A stretch of 64,000 bases of DNA from Felis catus (Eukaryota): positions 222,148,001-222,212,000 of the forward strand of contig NC_058368.1 of the NCBI RefSeq assembly GCF_018350175.1, read 5' to 3'. The notes under the pieces are model-generated. The model did not search any database, had not been told where the DNA came from, and saw only the letters and a list, made by a program, of their open reading frames with translations. The stretch's first letter is position 1; each line of letters starts with the position of its first letter. This document shows positions 39,590-53,070 of this stretch, one piece after another. A program made the translations under genes and the position numbers.

Positions 39590-40700
39590 GTTCGAAACAA
39601 GGGTTCCTTTCAGGAGGAACTATTTCACCAGAGCTTAACCTGCTGGCATTGTATCACAACCTAATTGACTCAGGGGCAGTAAAATGCTCAACCTTGGATT
39701 TTTTCTGGCTTTCTATGTGAAAGAAGAGAAATAAATGACTCCAGCCCACTATTGTCCCAAATAATTTGTGTGTGTGTGGTCGGGGGGGGGGGGGGTGCGC
39801 GGGACGGAGGTGGGAAGTAATACCGAGATGCACTGGTGAAGTGCAGAATCCAGAGGCACAAGATTACTCCAATCATAGGGAGTAAAGAATGCTTCCCCAC
39901 TCCCCACATATTACTACTACATTACTAAAGGATTATTTACAGTAGTTCCTTTGCCTCATACATCATATCAAACTATCAAGAGAAAATCACAAGACATACT
40001 AAAGGCAAAAAGCATAGAGAAATCATCGGAACGAGACTCAGATATGACAGGGATATTGGAATAACCAAAACAGAAATTTACAGTAATTACATGAATGTGC
40101 TAAGGGTTCTATTGGATCAAGTAAACAGCATGCAAGAATAGGTGGGCAATATAGGTAGAGAGATGGAAATTCTAAGAACCAAAATAAATGCAGGACATCA
40201 GAAACCCTATAACAGAAATGAATGTCTTTGATGGTAATATTTTAGACTAGATACAGCTGAAGAAATCTCTGAGCTTCTCTCTGTTGAGCAAAAAGAAAAA
40301 AAAAGAGTGGAAAAAAGCGACATAATATGTAAGAATTGTGAGACAATTACAAAAGGTGTAACATACATGAAATAGGAATTTCTGAATTAGAAGAAAGGAA
40401 CAGAAGACATATTTGAAACAACGTGCCTAAGAATTCCCCAAATTGATATCACACCCCAAACCACAAATCCAGGAATCTCAGAGAACACCAAGAAAGATAA
40501 ATGTCAAAACAAACAAACAAACAAACAAACAAACATAAAACCTTCAGCTTGCCATATTATTTTCAAGTTACGATCAAAGTTCAAAAATCTTGAAAGAATT
40601 CAGAGGAAAAAACAAACACCTTTCCTATTGATGAACAATGATAAGAATTCTCCTCAGAAACCATGTAAGCAAAATAAAATATTTAGTGTTGAGAAAAAGC
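39590..40700 (+). mobile_element. Old L1 (L1M) 5' UTR/ORF1 remnant
   Basis: AAAATCACAAGACATACT, GACTCAGATATGACAGGGATATTGGAAT, CAAATCCAGGAATCTCAGAGAACACCAAG and CTCCTCAGAAACCATG are typical decayed ORF1 segments. Confidence 0.7.
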
Positions 40701-42959
40701 AAAACAAACAAAACAACCAAATCCATTAGCTTTAAGAGAGTCAATACTTTTATGTAAATCTATATTGTCTTAACATAAATTTTAATATAATCTTTAACAT
40801 AGACAATATTGTATATAATCTTTGATATAGATATAAATAAAATGTCTTATTATATTTTAATCTTATCCTTACAGGTCACTGGCTCCAAAATGAATCTTCT
40901 ACAAAATGTATTATCTATTCTATACATTTTTCCCTATTTAATGTCATTCAATGCTTCCAAAAATGACTTAAGTTTCTGAATAATTACATGCAAGGTTTTT
41001 TTTTCTTCATTAATGATTTTCATAACTTTATTTTTTCATATAAATCCCAATTTTCTGCTCTGTGCCTACACTTTTTCTTTCCCTTTGATATATCCTGGAG
41101 AGTTCTTTTTCTTTTCTTCTCTAATAAGCACACTAACATTACAACAACCACTTAGTAGGTTTCACCTCTTTAATAAATCCTCACTTGAATTTTCCGAAGA
41201 GTTAGAAACTCTCCTTCCTTCTCCCTAATTCTTCATCATGTACATTTTTATATTATATCTGGAAAACCTAAGCATTGTTTATTTTTATGTTTTTAATTAC
41301 AAGTCTACCTCTCAAACCAAAAAAGGGATAAAAACAGCTAGTGACCTTTTTGCACATTATTAGTGTTTCTATTTATAGAAAATATGCTTGTTAGATAGTG
41401 GATACTCATTAAACGGTTTATTTTTGTGGAACTTGAAGTACAAGATATACCTCTGCAAAAACCAAGAAAAAGGATTTCATTTCTTTGTGAGGTAATATCT
41501 TAAAAATGCAGTGTCTGATTCAAGGTTATAATATTTATTGTCTAATTTTGTTGACAAGCATCACTTTCCCTTTAAAGTTTTGTATAAATAAACAAAATGC
41601 ATACATTCTCAATAATTTTAATTTATCCTTTCAACTCTGATTGCAATTCAGTGAAACCAAATTCCCAATGTTAAAAGTTGTCTAGAAATTTCAAGAAGAA
41701 AATAATTGAAAAGCTTAAATGAAGCACTTCTTCGGCATATTGACTTCATATATACAGAATATCAAAGCTTAATTATCATTATTTTGATAGCACTGCTTAT
41801 CATGGCTCTGATGACAGTAAGAGATTTTCATAGTAAGCAATAGAAATCCATATTAACATATGTAATAATTTTTGCTTTCTTGTCTATTAGATTTGCCCTT
41901 GTTGGACAGTACAGTTTCCATTTCTATGTTCTTTACTTTGTTAAAATATTAATTAAATAATTTATGATACCAGAGATGGAACACCAAAACCATTCGTCAA
42001 TGTCCATCTTATGGATTGAATAATACGTCAGTAAAACATAAAATTTTGCATGTTTTCAATTCCATTCTATTTAAAGACTGTGCCTTTGATCACAAGTGTG
42101 ATTGCTATGGTGGAAAGGAGAGAATTTGACCTAACTTTAGTCTTTATTCTCTGAAGTATTGGTATAGGGAAAACATGGTAAAGAAAATTTTCCAACTCTT
42201 TCCCAGCCCATAACACCCCCTCGGGATCTTTCCCATACACTTAGAAAATTATTGCTCTAAGATTGGCACTTCTGTTTGTATTGTTCCGTAACCTCTGGAA
42301 TTGATTCAAAAGTTTAACCCTGTACTATGTAGAACGATGGATCCAACTTAAATCATTTTTACTAGGGAAAAAGGAGACACGAGGCATTTATCTTTGTCTT
42401 GTTGGGTTTTATTTTACTTTTGATCTATCATACAATTGGATTGCATGTTATGTTACTTTACTGACAATCACTTACAAAGTACTTATTTTATCTTTAAATT
42501 CTAAATACTCTAGGCTGAAAGAAACGTTAAATTGTTTGGTAGACCCATATGCCTTTTCCCCATTTGTGAATTGTTTCTGCAATTCCTCGTGAATGATTGG
42601 ATCATTAAGCCATGTTTCACATTTTCTTCTAGTAACCCGTTCCGTGTTTAAAGCTCTCTCAAAATATGGGCCACTGAAATAATTCCTCTGAGGTTGTGAT
42701 ATAATCATTGTAATAACTAATTATGGCCTCAGTCTGGAAGGGACATCCAGGTTGATTAAGTTATTTTAATGTATTTTGCTTTTAATTTTTTGCTACGGCT
42801 TTTCATATTTTAGCTTGCGTTTATATGTACAAAATACAAAGCAGTTGGTTATAGTAAATAAATTGACTTGCTACTAACTTGTATGTTGTTAAATTATATG
42901 TGTAGTTATATGTTTTATATAAATATAATTCGTATTATATATATAAAAAATAAATTTTA

Positions 42960-43175
42960 GGGGCGCCTGGGTGGCACAGTCGGTTAAGCGTCCGACTTCA
43001 GCCACGTCACGATCTCGCGGTCTGTGAGTTCGAGCCCCGCGTCGGGCTCTGGGCTGATGGCTCAGAGCCTGGAGCCTGTTTCCGATTCTGTGTCTCCCTC
43101 TCTCTCTGCCCCTCCCCCGTTCGTGCTCTGTCTCTCTCTGTCCCAAAAATAAATAAACGTTGAAAAAAAATAAAT
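42960..43175 (+). mobile_element. Young SINEC_Fc
   Basis: CpG-rich and nearly identical to the 28446 copy; AAATAAATTTTA on both flanks. Confidence 0.96.
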
Positions 43176-44079
43176 AAATTTTAAAAACTTGTAGTTTTAC
43201 ATGGTCTTTTCATCCCTCCCTCACTCCCTTTACTACCCAGACAGTGAATGTAAAATTGTAAGAGTGGCCTGCCATCTAGTGAATGCTTTTTGTTTGTTTT
43301 ATCCTTCTTTTTAAAATGTATATGTGGCAATATTAGTAAAATTTTGCATAGTAAGAGAAAACCATTTTTGGGTAGGTAAGTCTAGTTCATAATTAAGTTT
43401 ACTATTTAAACTTGCAGGGACTGTTTACTTGTTTACTATGTAAGCATAACCATCTTTCAGTATATTATATCCCATCAATATGTTCCAGACATAAAGATTT
43501 AGTTTCCATTAAAAAACAAAACAAAACAAAACAAAACACTATGTCCTTAAAGAAACACTTAACTGAAAACAAAAGATGTTTCTAAATGCCAACAAAAAGC
43601 ATTGTGATACCATGGGGATCTAAAATCAGAGATAATTGTACAATGAATATTTACATTGTTTCATATAAAATTTACTCTTAATTCTCTTGACATCATAAAG
43701 ATTATCATTTGTGACTAAATATTTCCATGCAGGTCTATTTAACCAAAGTCAGAATATGTTCTGCAATGCAAATAGTGCTTGAGAGTTCCTAGGTTATGAC
43801 AGAAATACAGAGTCCATTCTTAAAAAGGAAAATGTACAAAAACCTGCCTCTGCGATGAAAAGAACTAGCTTAATAAGTGAAAAAAATAAAATATAATCAC
43901 TGAAAATCAAGTAAAAGTACATGAGTGCTTGTGAAAAAGTCTCAAAACAATTATAATTAACAATATTCATCAGTGTATTATTAATTAATTACATATCTTA
44001 TTTGGATTGTTGACATCCATGAAGTATAAAAAAAAATCTTACCATCAAATTTGCCACATTATGTACTGACTAAAAGCAA

Positions 44080-44290
44080 AATCTTTGGCCCAGAGGATCC
44101 AGATTGAGATCCTATGCTTATCACTTGTGAGTTTTGTGACCTTGGAAAAATATCCTACCTGGACCTCAGTTTTCCCATCTGTAAAATGGTGTAGTGACAT
44201 TACCTAACTCAAATAATTATTTTGAGGATTAAATAGAGTGAATGCAATAGTACTATGTACAAAGTATCGTATAAGTCTTAGTTATTTGTA
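44080..44290 (+). mobile_element. MIR
   Basis: Core TGTGACCTTGG...CCTCAGTTTTCCCATCTGTAAAATGG...GAGGATTAAAT. Confidence 0.8.
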
Positions 44291-44794
44291 ATTTACTAAA
44301 ACCTTTTACCCTAATAATCTGAAATTTAAAAAAAATCACTTTACTTGTATTAATGTAAATCCTTATGAAAAAATCTTCCAGTCAAAAGTAGGATGTCATA
44401 AAATCTGGTTCGCATAGATGACATAAAAAAATAAAACCTATTTATCATAGATATCCCAGTAAACCCAAGTTTTGTTCTTCCATTTTTTCCTTTGAATTGT
44501 CAGTATAAAATATCTGTAAATTCTGATGTAAGCCTTAGTTATTACAATCTCTATTTATTACAAGCTTGAATCAAACTAAAATGCTAAATCATTGCAAACA
44601 TTTTAACCCATTGAGGATTCAGATTTTATTCATCTTATGTTATAGAGATAATGCGAAATTCAACAAAACTAATGGAGCTAGCGTTAAAATATTTGCTTAA
44701 AAGATAATGTAAGAAATGTGGTCACAATTGGCTTATGAAATCTGTATGTACCTGTCTTATATGTAAGAAATATATATTAAGTTTTTAAGGTATA

Positions 44795-45285
44795 TATCTT
44801 CCTTGACTTACAATGGGGTTATGTCCAATACATCAGCTGTAAATGAAAAATGTCGTAAGTCAGAAATACATTTAATATACCTAACCAACCAAACGTTATA
44901 GCTTAGCCTAGCCTACGTTAAACATGCTCAGAACACTAGACTACGTGGGGCAAAATCTTCTAACATGAAACCTATTTTGGAATCAAGTTTTGACTATCTC
45001 ATGTAACTTATTGTATACTGTACTGAAAATGGAAAAAAGAATGGTTGTATGCATACAGAATAGTTATAAATGTTAGGGTTACTTCCCCTCATTGTCACAT
45101 GACTGACTGGGGGCTGTGGCTCCCTGCCCTTGTCCAGCATCACTAGAGAGCATTGACCACATATCCCTAGCCCAGGAAAAGATTCCAAATCAAAGTACTG
45201 TTTCCACTGAAGGTGTATTGCTTTTGCACCATCATTAAGTTGAAAAGTTGTAAATCAAAACATATTTAAGTCAACCATCATCTGT
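44795..45285. mobile_element. MER47/Tigger5-type TcMar non-autonomous element
   Basis: CCTTGACTTACAATGGGGTTATGTCC...ATAGCTTAGCCTAGCCTAC...TGCTTTTGCACCATC...TCTGTA resembles the MER47 consensus. Confidence 0.8.
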
Positions 45286-46829
45286 ATGTGTTTTTAAATA
45301 TCTCTGATAATAGTTCTTTTGTTTGTTTTTTTCAGATAGACTAGTACTGTAAATAAAAAACACAAATATTTGCTTAAAACTAGGCATAAGAACCATGAAC
45401 ATTGAGACAATAATGTTCTTATTTTACTCTATTTAAATCTATAACGAGAAAGAGAAAGAAGAAAACTAAGACTAAGGGACCATTTTATATTCGATTCAGA
45501 GTATAACTTGGTGCAAATAGAAATTTCTTTTTATCAAGGTAAATGAAAATGAAGAGATTGTGTGGGGGGGGTGGAGGGGGTGTATGCGTGCGCGTGGGCG
45601 CACACGCGTGTGTATATGAAACAATCTACGCATGTTCAGGAAATAACAGTAGGCCAATCTCAGGAAAGTATTAATCAAAGGAACACATAGATTGACCTAA
45701 ATATTGGCCTTTAGCTCCATGTTTTAAGAGTCATATTCCTCATAATTTAAGTAAAAAGTATTTTTTCCCAAAATTAAGGAGAGTTTTTGAAATTTGATCA
45801 AATTAGTAACCAAAGATGTTAAATTGCATTGTATATTTCCAGACAACACCATATTTGATATTATTTCCTAATGACATAAGTTTTGCTGGAATCACTCAGG
45901 CTAGGCTTAGACTATTTTTGCTTTTTGGTTCACATTCTGATTATGTATTTTAATTAACACAGTTCCTATTATTCTGTGCATTAATGTATGTATTATCCAC
46001 CTATTTAACCACTTTCTCTTTCCTAATAACTTTATAGAGCAAAATTTGAACAATTGAACATACAGTGACACTGAATCCATCTATTACTAAAAACTTCACT
46101 AGCAACTAAACTGTTCTAGATTTTCTGTTAGGCAAATAAAAACATCGATGTTGAAGAATGTCAAATGAATATACTAGTTTAGGTGCCCCAGAAGAACAAA
46201 GAAAGTTTTTATAAAATCACATTATTGGAAGACAGCATAAAAAAATATGCTCAAAGAAAGTAACACTTACTTTAAAGCATTATAGATGGATGAAAACAAA
46301 GCAACTAAAAATGATTTTCTCGGTGAATGAGATCATAAAGTGAAAAGGATACTTGGGTTCAGAAAAGTCCTTAAACATACATTTTTTGTTTCAAAAGCAC
46401 ACATCTCTTGTTTTCTGATTTATTTACATATATTTACATATTAGTATATATGTGTAGCTATCCTGATATAGCTGAAGAATGTGAGAATTTTATTTCAAAA
46501 ATGTGATAAAATATAACTTAATTATAATGACAGATTGCTGATTTTAATGTGTACTATATAATTTAACATGGTACATGTAAGAATGTTGACAGTTTTTTTT
46601 GCTGATTAGATGAGTTATATTTGTGGAAAAATAAAGATACAGAGCCACTAGAATTGTGGAATGTCTTCTGAATTGTCTGTTTTTAGTAAATTAATATGAT
46701 TTGTATCGACATTATTTATGTCCCCCTAAAAAAAATAAATCAAATAAACACAAAGCCTCCAAATGTCAAATCTCACCAAACAACTGAAATGCAACCAGAG
46801 CAAATTAAATTAAAAGGTAAAGAAATATA

Positions 46830-47271
46830 GAGGCGCCTGAGTGGCTCAGTCGGTTAAGTGTCCGACTTCAGCTCAGGTCACGATCTCAGGGTCCATTAGT
46901 TCGAGCCCCGCGTTGGGCTCTGTGCTGACAGCTCAGAGCCTGGAGCCTGTTTCAGATTCTGTGTCTCCCTCTCTCTCTGACCCTCCCCCATTCATGTTGT
47001 GTCTCTCTCTGTCTCAAAAATAAATAAACCTTAAAAAAAAGGGGGGGGGCATCTGAGTGGCTCAGTTGGTTGAGCATCCGACTTCAGCTCAGGTCATGAT
47101 CTCACAGTCCATGTGTTCGAGCCCCGCGTCCGGCTCTCTGCTGACCGCTCAGAGCCTGGAGCCTGTTTGGGATTCTGTGTCTCCTTCTCTCTCTGACCCT
47201 CCCCCGTTCATGCTCTGTCTTTCTCTGTCTCTCTCTGTCTCAAAAATAAATAAACGTTAAAAAATTGTTTT
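46830..47271 (+). mobile_element. Two head-to-tail Can-SINEs inside one TSD pair
   Basis: Units at 46830-47040 and 47041-47271; TSD AAAAGGTAAAGAAATATA at 46812-46829 and 47272-47289. Confidence 0.93.
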
Positions 47272-49912
47272 AAAAGGTAAAGAAATATAGATATAAGACA
47301 ATAATGGTGACACCCTCAATATTTGTATCACAAAATAAAACACCTTGCCATTAAATAATGTTTTTTTTACAATTTTGCTGTATTTGAGAAAATACTGATT
47401 TGTTATATACAAATGAGGATTATGATTTGTTTTCCAAATTATCAAAGAATGGTTCAAAATAATACAATGAGCAGGACCAGTTTATTTAATTAGATGACAA
47501 ATTGCATATCGAAACCCTTTTCTAAAATACTGCATACATTTTAAGGTTTGGTAGAATCAAGGTTATGACTATTGACCGTAAAGAAACAGGAGAGCAATTT
47601 GCTGGAACTAATTACCTTTAGGAATTGTTCTGTGTAAAAATTGGGATTCGATTACTTTCATTTCTCTTTTTTCATTACTTTATTGCTGTGACCTCTGTGA
47701 TTTCTAACCACTTCTCTGATATTTAGGTAGACAGAATGGATTAAAGTGGAATTAGAAGACAATGTGTCTGATTCTTTGCTTTTCAAATATATCCGAATCA
47801 CATATTTCATTGCATTAATTCAGAATATTTCCTTTATGAGAATTACGTGATGAAATGGATGGAAAACCTAATGTACTCCAGGCTTGTAGAAAATGCAATA
47901 AGTGATTTTGTTTAAGTTAGAAGTTCACAGAAACGTTTATGAAACCTGAAAATTAATTAGATATGTGTACTTTTGAATGAAATACATCATTTCACATTTT
48001 TAACTCAATTTAAATAATTTCTGTCAGTTCCAAATGCTACCTGCTTTTGTAAGAGGCATACAATGGCTGCTTCTTACACTCTCCTGATCTATGTATTTAT
48101 TCATATTTTCTCCTTTTCTTAAAGTCCTAATTAGATCTCATCATGTCAATTATCTTGGAGATTCATCTCTCTCAAATTAAAATTCTCAGCTCTTCCTATG
48201 TTATACCTCACTTGGTTAACCCGTTAACACGTTAAATATCAAGATCACATATTTTGAAAAAAATCTGATTGTCACGAACCTACCATCTTGATGCACCAAG
48301 AAGCGTTTTGGGGGGGGGTTGGGCAGGGAAAGGCCTCTATTCTCATCTAGAAAACAACTTCTTAATTTTGTTAGTGTTTCTGACTACATCCTTATGTTAT
48401 TTTTTTTATAAACTTGACAATTAATAGTTGCCCTTCAGTCCTTGTTTCCTTGTTCCTGTTTCCCTCCTCTCTGGAATATCTTTTTCAACTTTCCTTAGCA
48501 GTCTGTCTCTGCTCATGTGTCAAGCCACGAGGGACGCCATCACCTCCATGAAGCCATGTCTGAAACCTGAAGTCAATCAACGTTACCCCATTGTGCTTCA
48601 CTAGTTCCATTTGCCCGTCTTTACCCCAGAGTTCAGTGTGTGTCATCACAACTTAGGAGCCTTTCAGTGGTCAACAGAGAATCAAGTGTTCAATAAAATT
48701 GGACTGGGTAAACTAAATTAGACAAAAAACATTATGCAGCTCTAGGTGTCGTGCTGTTATTATTCCACTCAAGGACTGAATCACTTTAAATGTAAAATAC
48801 TCACTTTAATCTTTTCCCAAGGCCTCCAAATCTAATGCGTTTTTTTTTTTTTTCAGGAACAATGTTTATTTGTAAGTGTAATTTCCATTAATCACTTCTT
48901 ACGTTGGACAACTGTCCTATCAATCGCCTGCCGATAAAATCATTACTTAGCATGCTTTCGTTTGGGAAAGCTCATTCTTATTCATAAATAAATCACTTAT
49001 TCTCACATCTGAGAATTTCTATATGGCCATGTGCAGATAAAAGACTGTATACCCCACACTCTTTCATTCTCTTTTCAGTCTGTTATTCAAAAGGTGGAGG
49101 GAAGGCCCCCTTCACTCCTGTTGCTAACATACCCTCCAAGTTAGAATCATATGATTTTGCATGGTCACATCACTGTATAGACACTTTTAAATCTGGGAAA
49201 TACTATTCCCTCTAGCAATATTTTTTATGAAAAAAATAATTAATGCAAGTTGTTAAAATTTTGGTGAATCCCATCTTTAGAAAAATTAAATCTAACCAAG
49301 GAAAAAGACAATGAATTCTTTCCCTAAGGAGATAGATATGTGCTTTTAAAGAAGTAACTTGAATTAACTTTAAATTGCTGTATCTCCTCAGGCTGGAGTA
49401 AGTTCCCAAACTAGATATTTAATTGGTTCTTAAGCTCTTTTTTCGAAAATAAAATCATCAAACTCACTCCCAAATGGAATTTGAAACCCAAGGAAGAAGA
49501 TAACAAAATGAAACAACTTATGTCCACATTATTTCTTTAATTTGCCTCTTTTTACTTCTTATGAAATCTTTAATAATGAGAATAAGCATTGTTTTGTTTG
49601 TTGTTTGTTTTTTCTTAAGTGGTGGCATGCCTGGAAGTGAATTCCTCTTAAAATAAGGCAATTTTCACTGTGAAAATATACCTTTGGTCAAACGACCATG
49701 GTAATGCAATTTAAATATAAATGAGAATTCTAAACATATTTAGCAGTTGCTGTTAGAGTGATGAGGTTAAATTAAACAGATTCAAGATTAATTACATGTT
49801 AACATTTATTTTTTCTGTTGCTTTCCCTTGTCAAATGTATATTGTTCAAATCACGGAAATAGTCATTGTTGAAATTAAAAGGGGACATGAAGTTTTGAAG
49901 ATTCTGTCTCCT

Positions 49913-50125
49913 TCTTTTTTATTTATGTATTTATTTTGAGAGAGAAAGAGCAGGAGGGGGCAGAGAGAAACAAAGAGACAGAGGGAGAGAGAAAATCCCA
50001 AGCAGGCTCCATCCACTCTGTCAGCCCAGAGCCTAACATGGGGCTAGAACTCATGAACTGGGAGATCATGACCTGAGCTGAAATCAAGAGTCAGAAGTTC
50101 AAATGATTGAGCCACCCAGGTACCC
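49913..50125 (-). mobile_element. Can-SINE
   Basis: TSD CTCCTTCTTT; body ends CCAGGTACCCC. Confidence 0.9.
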
Positions 50126-50954
50126 CTCCTTCTTTATATTATTAACAATGACTACATAGGATTATTTTTTTAAAGAAATAAGTCTGTTATTCAAACCAGG
50201 AAAACTGGGATTATTCTTTTAGGATACATGTATTGTGGAATGTTTATTCCTGTTATATTTGATATAAAATTTTGCCATATGCTCTATTGGCCCATTCTTC
50301 TCTTACCATCACAAATCCTCACTCTAGGTGGTACAAAAAAGTCAAGGAAAGGGGTCAACAGTATCCTCACTGGTGTCATCCTTAATTTCCAGCACATTCA
50401 CTATTCCATATGCATGGTGATTAGCTATATTTTATAATTGTCTTAGGAAATCGAGGGTACTAATCATGTTAGCAAAATTTAAGTCTTTAATTATTCTATT
50501 GATTCAATATAGATTCTATATAGATGATATAGATATGGATATAGATACAGATATAGATATAGATATAGATATAGATATAGATATAATGTGACATAATGTG
50601 TGTGTGTATATATATATATACACATATCCCATTATTTGTAATAATTATGTTTTATAAAGTCACTGTAAACATTAAATTAGCCAACACTAAACTATTGCTT
50701 TGGGGAAATATAGGATGAGGTTTCTAGGAGCTTTAAGTTGCAATATTTTTGTTAACTTATCAAAACATAACCTTGTTTTATGTATGTTTCTGTTTAATGA
50801 CACCCTATTCAATATATATTGTTTATTCATTAGCACTAAATTCGCTACCAGGAAAACTGTAACATGTAATTGAACAAAGCTTATTTTACACACCTATCTT
50901 CTCTATAAGGTACATCACAGCTTTCTCGCATTTAGGAACCCCAGACATTAATTT

Positions 50955-51177
50955 TTTTTTCATTTTTTTATGTTTTTGTTTATTTTTGAGACAGAGAGAG
51001 ACAGAGCATGAGCAGGGGAGGGGCAGAGAGAGAGCCACACACACACAGAATCCGAAGCAGGCTCCAGGCTCGGAGCTGTCAGCATAGAGCCTGATGCGGG
51101 GCTCGAACTCACGGACTGTGAGATCATGACCTGAGCTGAAGTCAGACACTCAACCGACTGAGCCACCCAGGTGCCCC
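50955..51177 (-). mobile_element. Can-SINE inserted in MER82
   Basis: TSD GAACCCCAGACA(T/G)TAATTT at 50936-50954 and 51182-51200. Confidence 0.95.
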
Positions 51178-51226
51178 AAATGAACCCCAGACAGTAATTT
51201 AATCCTCCATCTGGCGGCCATTTCAT

Positions 51227-51629
51227 GTTATTTTTTCTTTTCTTTACGTATTTACTTTTAATTCCAGTAGAATGACCATACAGTGGTATATTAATTTCAA
51301 GTGTACAATATAGTGTTTCAACAATTCTATCCGTTACTCAGTGCTCATCACGTAAGTGTACTTCTTAATCCTCATCACCTATTTCACCCATCCCCCACCT
51401 ATCCACCTCTCCTCTGGTAACCACTGGTTTATTCTCTATAGTTAAGAGTATGATTTTGGTTTGTCCCTTTTTTAACTTTTTCATTTGTTTTGTTTTTTTA
51501 AATTCCACATGTGAGTCAAGTCGTATGATATTTGTCTTTGACTTATTTCACTTAGCATTATACCCTCTAGATCCATTCACATTATTGCAAAGGGCAAGAT
51601 TTTATTCTTTTAGTGGTTGAGTAATATTC

Positions 51630-51668
<39 letters not shown>

Positions 51669-51892
51669 AGTGTGTGTGTATCACATCTTCTTTATCCATT
51701 TATCTATGGATGGATATTTGGGTTGCTTCCATATTTTGGCTATTGTAAATAATGCTACAATAAACATAGGTGTATCTTTTTCAACTGTTTTCATATTCTT
51801 CAGGTAAATCCCCAGTAATGGAGTTACTGGATCATATGGCAATTCTATTTTTAATTTTTCAGGAATCTCCATCTGTTTTTCACAGTAGCTGC
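51227..51892 (-). mobile_element. Carnivore L1 3' end inserted in MER82
   Basis: Antisense strand encodes KLKIELPYDP..PLLGIY..MFIVALFTIAKIWKQPK (ORF2 C-terminus); flanked by GGCCATTT repeats. Confidence 0.9.
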
Positions 51893-52511
51893 ATTCCCTA
51901 GGGGCCATTTTAAATAGGGAAATCAACAACAAGCAGCATTAAAATGTTAAAAATATGGCATTAAATAGGCTGCAAAAGAAGGCACACTTCTTTGCAGTTC
52001 AAAAGCTGAAGAAGGCCAAGTGGTGCCTTGTGCAGCCTCATCTGAGACCGTGCATATCAGACCCCTCAACTTCTTTGTTCCTCAGCACATGTTCATGAAT
52101 GACCATGAAGTCCTGCAAGTGTTGACTTGGGGGTTACAAATCAATTTTAGCAAGCAGGTAAACTACCAAATTTAGAATCTGAGGAAAAAGGAAGGTTGAA
52201 TACATATTATATACAGTAGGAGTATTTGCACACGCTGAATATGAATGCACATACAGAATATATAAACACATACAAATATGTTTATGAATACATATGTAAG
52301 CATGTTTGTGCATGTGTGGCTAAATATGTGTGTATGGAAATATATGTGTATAGTTGTATATGACTTTGAGGATTTGAATAAGGAATTAAAAAGATAATTT
52401 TTCACAGTTTACAAGTGCTTCTCATAAACATACAGTACTAAGCTTGGCATGAGCTTTAGAGATATTTCTTATAATTCACATATTCTTTCAATAAAATGAA
52501 TTTATCTCTAG

Positions 52512-52593
52512 TTTTGTTTTTTCCTTTTTTCTTTTTTCTTTTTTCTAGAGAGAAAGCACAAGCTAGAGAGAGGTAGGGGGGAGAGAGAGAGAG

Positions 52594-52642
<49 letters not shown>

Positions 52643-52766
52643 TCTTAAGCAGGCTCCACACTCAGCATGGAGTTTGATGCAGGGCTCCATCTCACGACCC
52701 TGGGATCATGACCTGAACTAAAATTAAGAGTCAGATGCTCAACCAACTGAGTCACTCAGGCGCCCC
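52512..52766 (-). mobile_element. Can-SINE (older subfamily)
   Basis: (GA)n tract, CTTAAGCAGGCTCC body, GGCGCCCC end. Confidence 0.9.
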
Positions 52767-52915
52767 TCTAGCTTTTAATATTATGTAGGTTTAGGGCAAT
52801 ATTTTCTTGAATGAGGATGAACTTCAACATCCTGTACAATGATTCCTCTCTACGTTTCTAGAATTTCCACAAGATAAAATTAACAGATTTAATTTCCTGA
52901 ATGTAGAATATGTGC

Positions 52916-53070
52916 TGTGGCAATCCAAAAGCTAGCCCTCCAAAGATGTCCATATCCTTATCTTCATAATTTGTGAATATGTAAGGTTATATGGCAAAAT
53001 GAAACTAAGGGTGCACACAGAATTGTTTGCTAATCAGGTAACCTTAAAATGGGAGATTATCCTGGATTTT
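52916..53070 (+). mobile_element. MLT1D 5' fragment
   Basis: CCAAAGATGTCCA...TGTGAATATGT...TATGGCAAAA...CCTTAAAATGGGAGATTATCCTGGATT. Confidence 0.7.

Larger units (their letters stand above)
50628..52200. mobile_element. MER82 (TcMar-Tigger) split by a SINE and an L1
   Basis: Left half TATGTTTTATAAAGTCACTG...CATAACCTTGTTTTATG...CATCACAGC...TTAGGAAC; right half GGGGCCATTTTAAA...GGGGTTACAAAT..ATTTTAGCAAG. Confidence 0.8.

Noticed and set aside
42472..42708. 78-aa protein-like minus-strand ORF ending near a GTAAGT donor
   Set aside because: Weak acceptor context and no family I recognise; a tBLASTn or PhyloCSF hit would be needed.
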